DNA of 61,235 nt, taken from Borreliella garinii (GTDB lineage Bacteria; Spirochaetota; Spirochaetia; JABEVK01). This document shows, piece after piece, positions 57,839 through 61,235 of this stretch; position 1 is the stretch's first letter, and the number at the start of each line of letters is the position of its first letter. The translations under genes and the position numbers were made by a program. Location: positions 1 to 61,235 of the forward strand of contig DYOB01000005.1 of the NCBI GenBank assembly GCA_020720765.1. The letters are read 5' to 3'. The notes beneath the pieces are model-generated. The model was not told where the DNA came from. It searched no databases and saw only the letters and a list, made by a program, of their open reading frames with translations.

Positions 57839-59014
57839 TCAGCGGCATCCAGCTATGATGCGTACCCTGACAACACCGTCTATTTCCCCAAGTGCTGCTA
57901 TAAGGTTTTCATCGACCTTTCCTGCAATGTCGATAATATTGTAGGCCACATCTCCTCTGTGCTTATTGATCATATCCTCAATATTGTTGTTCTGGGAGGC
58001 AAGAACCGTTGTAATCTGTCCCACCATATTGGGAACATTTTTATTGATGATCAAAAGCCTGTCTTTTCCAGCGGGGGCCATCTCACAGTCGGGGAAATTG
58101 ACTGAGTTCTTAATATTTCCACGCTCTAAGTATTCACGCATTTCATCGGCGGCCATAATGGCGCAATTATCTTCGCTCTCCGGGGTGCTTGCTCCAAGGT
58201 GGGGAATGCAGATAACTCCAGGTACGCCTAAGAGTTCTTCTTCGGGAAAATCTGTGATGTAGGCACTCAGGCGTCCTGAAGAGATTTCTTCCTTCACAGC
58301 AACATTGTCCACAAGACCCGAACGGCTGAAATTGATAATGCGGGCATTTTTCTTGGTACGTGCAAGGCGCTCTTTATTAAAAAGGCTTTTCGTTTCGGGT
58401 GTCAGAGGTACATGGATGGTGATATAGTCGCTCTCCGCCGCCAGAGTATCGAGACTAGCTGCTTTAACAACATCGCGGCTGAGTTTCCAGGCACCTTCGA
58501 CGCTGATGTAGGGGTCGTAACCTAAAACTTTCATACCAAGTGCTGTAGCTGCATTGGCTACCATAACGCCGATGGCGCCGAGACCTATAACGCCGAGGGT
58601 TTTTCCTTGGAGTTCGGGACCGACAAATTCGGCTTTGCCTTTTTCCACAAGTCCGGGAACTTCATCGCCCTTTCCCTTTAAGGACTGGGTCCACGCCATG
58701 CCTTCCGTGATCTTTCTCGAGGAAAGGAGCATGGCGGCAATGACAAGTTCTTTTACACCGTTGGCGTTCGCGCCGGGAGTGTTAAAAACTACGATTCCTT
58801 TTTCAGTGCACTGAGGTATGGGGATGTTGTTGGTACCCGCACCCGCACGGGCTACAGCCAGCAGGGAATCGGGAAGTTTCATGGCGTGCATTTCCTGGCT
58901 TCGTACCAGGATGCCCGCGGGGTTTTGAATATCCGTTGCGGTTTCGTAGGTCTCTCTGGGAAGTCTTTCGAGCCCGCAAGCGGCGATTTTATTGAGTGTT
59001 TGAATGGCAAACAT
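57839..59014 (-). CDS. serA: D-3-phosphoglycerate dehydrogenase with an ACT domain
   Basis: ARAGAGTNN, GVIGLGAIG, PHLGAST and C-terminal ACT NKNVPNM. Confidence 0.95.
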   Translation of the reverse strand: MFAIQTLNKIAACGLERLPRETYETATDIQNPAGILVRSQEMHAMKLPDSLLAVARAGAGTNNIPIPQCTEKGIVVFNTPGANANGVKELVIAAMLLSSRKITEGMAWTQSLKGKGDEVPGLVEKGKAEFVGPELQGKTLGVIGLGAIGVMVANAATALGMKVLGYDPYISVEGAWKLSRDVVKAASLDTLAAESDYITIHVPLTPETKSLFNKERLARTKKNARIINFSRSGLVDNVAVKEEISSGRLSAYITDFPEEELLGVPGVICIPHLGASTPESEDNCAIMAADEMREYLERGNIKNSVNFPDCEMAPAGKDRLLIINKNVPNMVGQITTVLASQNNNIEDMINKHRGDVAYNIIDIAGKVDENLIAALGEIDGVVRVRIIAGCR

Positions 59015-59023
59015 AGTTACTCC

Positions 59024-60124
59024 TTATCCGTTCTTTTTTTCAAAATCTCTAAGAAACTCAACGAGCTTCTCCACGCCGGCCTTAGGCATGGCGTTATAAA
59101 TACTGGCGCGCATACCGCCGACACTTCTGTGACCGGCTAAATTCACCAGCCCCGCAGCGTCGGCTTCCTTAACGAAGTTTTTATTCATCGTTTCGGCCTT
59201 TTCAGCATCCTCGATTCTTGTGATAAAAGGCACATTCATCAAACTTCTATCTTCAACCCGGACCGGGCTGTAGAAAAACTTGCTCGAGTCGAGAAAACTG
59301 TAGAGCATTTGAGCTTTTTCCTGGTTTGCCTTATACAGGACAGAGGCTCCGCCCATTTCGCGAATCCATTCCTGCACCAATTTAAAAATATAAATACTGT
59401 AGCATGGGGGAGTGTTGTAGAGGCTCTTATTTTCCGCCATCAGCTTGTAGCTCAGCATGGGAGGCAGGGTCTCTTTAGCTGGTGCCTTTTCAAGGTAGTC
59501 TTTTTTAAGGACCACCAGAGTCAATCCCGAAGGGCCGATATTTTTCTGGGCCCCGGCGTAGACCAGCGAAAACTTCTTAATGTCGAGAGGTTCGGAAAGA
59601 ATTCCCGAACTGATATCGGCTATTAAAGGAATCTTCCCGGTATTCGGGAGAGTATGGTACTGGGTACCTTCGATCGTGTTGTTATAAGTGATGTGGAAAT
59701 AATCAGCTTCGGGATCTGTGTTGGCGATTTCGGGAAGGTAGCTGAATTTTTTATCCTTGGATGAACCCACGACGTTGGCTTTTCCAAGACGGTTCACTTC
59801 TTCGATGGCTTTTTGAGCCCAAGCACCGGTGAGCGTGAAATCGGCCTTCTTCGAACCCGTGAGATAGTTCAAAGGAATCATGGTGAACTGAAGGCTGGCT
59901 CCGCCTTGGAGAAAGAGCACCTCATAGTCTTCCGGGATTTCCATATTGGTCCTTACAAGGGCCTCGGCATCCTGGATGATTTTCTCAAAGTGTTTGGAAC
60001 GGTGGCTCATCTCCATAACGCTTTGACCGCTTCCCCCCTGGTCCAGCATTTCTTCGGCAGCCTGTTTCAGAACAGGTTCCGGCAGGACAGCAGGCCCAGC
60101 TGCAAAATTAAATACCCGGCTCAT
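59024..60124 (-). CDS. serC: Phosphoserine aminotransferase
   Basis: NFAAGPA, EMSHRS, AGAQKNIG, YNTPP and GHRSVGGMRASIYN. Confidence 0.97.
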   Translation of the reverse strand: MSRVFNFAAGPAVLPEPVLKQAAEEMLDQGGSGQSVMEMSHRSKHFEKIIQDAEALVRTNMEIPEDYEVLFLQGGASLQFTMIPLNYLTGSKKADFTLTGAWAQKAIEEVNRLGKANVVGSSKDKKFSYLPEIANTDPEADYFHITYNNTIEGTQYHTLPNTGKIPLIADISSGILSEPLDIKKFSLVYAGAQKNIGPSGLTLVVLKKDYLEKAPAKETLPPMLSYKLMAENKSLYNTPPCYSIYIFKLVQEWIREMGGASVLYKANQEKAQMLYSFLDSSKFFYSPVRVEDRSLMNVPFITRIEDAEKAETMNKNFVKEADAAGLVNLAGHRSVGGMRASIYNAMPKAGVEKLVEFLRDFEKKNG

Positions 60125-60755
60125 GATTCTCTCCTTCGGTCATCTCTGCCAGCCGCCCGGCAAGGATGCACCACATTCCTTGAATTCCGCCGTTCACAAG
60201 AACGACACCTTTCGGCGGTTTTAATACCGCTGTCGTAAGATTTAAAACTCCCTTAACACCGCCCAAAACCAAACGCTCAAGCTGCCGTGCTGCGTTAGAC
60301 GCCGAGGTGGCAAGAATCGCAGCTCGCAGTCCATACTCGGCGACCCTTTGGGGTATCTCCGTGCTCGGAAAAAGCGGGATATCCAGGTTCGAGGTTTCCA
60401 GGCGGTTAGTCCTGCTGTCGAAACCAACCTTGATATCCAGACCGTTCATCAGGGGACCTTTTCCAAGAACCAGATTGACCACCCATTCCTCGAGACCTAC
60501 AAGGGCTGCCGGAACGCTTTGGTTAAGACCAAGAAAGGATTTCAGGCTTCGGGTCAATTCCTCCATAGTCCAAACAGCGCCGGGCTTTCCACGGCCCACG
60601 AACGTCAAATCCCTTCGCACGAGTTCAGGACTCGTCTCAAGCCAACGAGCTATGAGTTTGGAACTCATACTCCCTAAGTTTTCTGAATCCAGACTCAGTA
60701 GGTATAACCGTGTCAGCCTGTCCCGGACAGCTGGTGGAAGTTTTTTTCCAAGCAC
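60108..60755 (-). CDS. Rex-family redox-sensing repressor homologue, degenerate in the NADH-binding loop
   Basis: wHTH RLTRLY...SSKLIA...VRRDL..VG and Rossmann-like GFD...GVKGVLNL; the GxGxxG is replaced by VGLEEW. Confidence 0.8.
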   Translation of the reverse strand: MLGKKLPPAVRDRLTRLYLLSLDSENLGSMSSKLIARWLETSPELVRRDLTFVGRGKPGAVWTMEELTRSLKSFLGLNQSVPAALVGLEEWVVNLVLGKGPLMNGLDIKVGFDSRTNRLETSNLDIPLFPSTEIPQRVAEYGLRAAILATSASNAARQLERLVLGGVKGVLNLTTAVLKPPKGVVLVNGGIQGMWCILAGRLAEMTEGENHEPGI

Positions 60756-60761
60756 AGGGTG

Positions 60762-60790
60762 AGAATACGAAGGAAAACTGAAGCAGTCAA
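60762..60790 (-). promoter_or_regulatory. Promoter of the rex-serC-serA operon (leaderless GTG)
   Basis: TTGACT-17-TATTCT, then 6 nt, then GTG 60755. Confidence 0.65.
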
Positions 60791-60825
60791 GACATCCTGT
60801 GAAATAAATAACAGGATGTTTGACT
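60785..60825. promoter_or_regulatory. 41-bp palindrome with two outward-facing TTGACT hexamers and a central Rex-like box
   Basis: AGTCAAGACATCCTGT...ACAGGATGT-TTGACT; core CTGTGAA-ATAA-ATAACAG (60797-60814). Confidence 0.55.
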
Positions 60826-60834
60826 CTTTATTAG

Positions 60835-61235
60835 GAGCCTGTCGCACTTGAGATTTTGACACAGGACCGGGGAGCCGGGATGCACAGAGTGCCGAAGACT
60901 GAGGGCCATAGCTGGGCTCTGGCCCGATGGATGAGGTGTTCTGGGCGCCCGGAAACCCTGGTCTGTGTCAAAAAGCCTGAAAGAGTGCCTTTTCTACCCT
61001 TTATCTGACCAAAACCGCCAATCTTTTAAGGTTATAAGCACAGCTCACCAACTGCCACTCCAAATTGACTTTCCTTAACCCACGAAGCAAAAACTGCCGG
61101 AAGCCCAAGACCTGTTTGATGATTCCAAACACAGGTTCGACGGTACCCTTTTGCTTTTTGTAGAGTTCCTTCTCCAATTCCACAGCCCGGTCGTAACGAA
61201 TGCTTTTGTATCGTGTCGCCATGGGCAACAGAATA
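60835..61235 (-). mobile_element. IS1182-like insertion sequence, 3' part, cut by the window edge
   Basis: Transposase C-terminus plus an end shared with 1-50; TTAG flank at 60831-34. Confidence 0.85.
61001..61235 (-). CDS. Transposase C-terminal fragment (IS1182/DDE family), 5'-truncated by the window
   Basis: Y...KGTVEPVFGIIKQVLGFRQFLLRGLRKVNLEWQLVSCAYNLKRL. Confidence 0.9.
   Translation of the reverse strand, partial: ILLPMATRYKSIRYDRAVELEKELYKKQKGTVEPVFGIIKQVLGFRQFLLRGLRKVNLEWQLVSCAYNLKRLAVLVR

Overview
This is a 61-kb chromosomal segment, most likely from a free-living, anaerobic or microaerophilic spirochaete (inferred from gene content and order). Both ends carry the 3' end of the same IS1182-like element, in inverted orientation. 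Left to right: (1) a ~5-kb satellite-like integrative element at the 3' end of tRNA-Gly(TCC), with integrase, excisionase, P-loop replication protein, a putative ori and a predicted antisense RNA; (2) an rseC-rnfBCDGEA operon with a Rex-like box, divergent from a DHODH-like flavoprotein; (3) an operon of adenylate cyclase, FecR/FN3 protein, outer-membrane protein and SPL-like radical SAM enzyme; (4) a long housekeeping run: small basic protein, orphan Cas2-like gene, frameshifted prfB, ftsY, lolCDE-like, RlmK-like methyltransferase, degenerate mcsA/mcsB-clpC, murC, yicC, cmk-like, rpoZ, miaA with no canonical start, lipA-gcvH-lipM, FAH, ridA, maf, PBP, lepB, LysM-M23; (5) a tightly coupled 7-gene operon of MoxR AAA+, unknown, HExxH-VWA, unknown, CapK/PaaK-like adenylating enzyme, pnuC and nadR, which is the best candidate here for an undescribed system; (6) sodA, an RPE-like MITE, a cyclophilin-FKBP lipoprotein and a degenerate rex-serC-serA-receiver operon. 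All calls come from motifs read by eye; no database searches were run.
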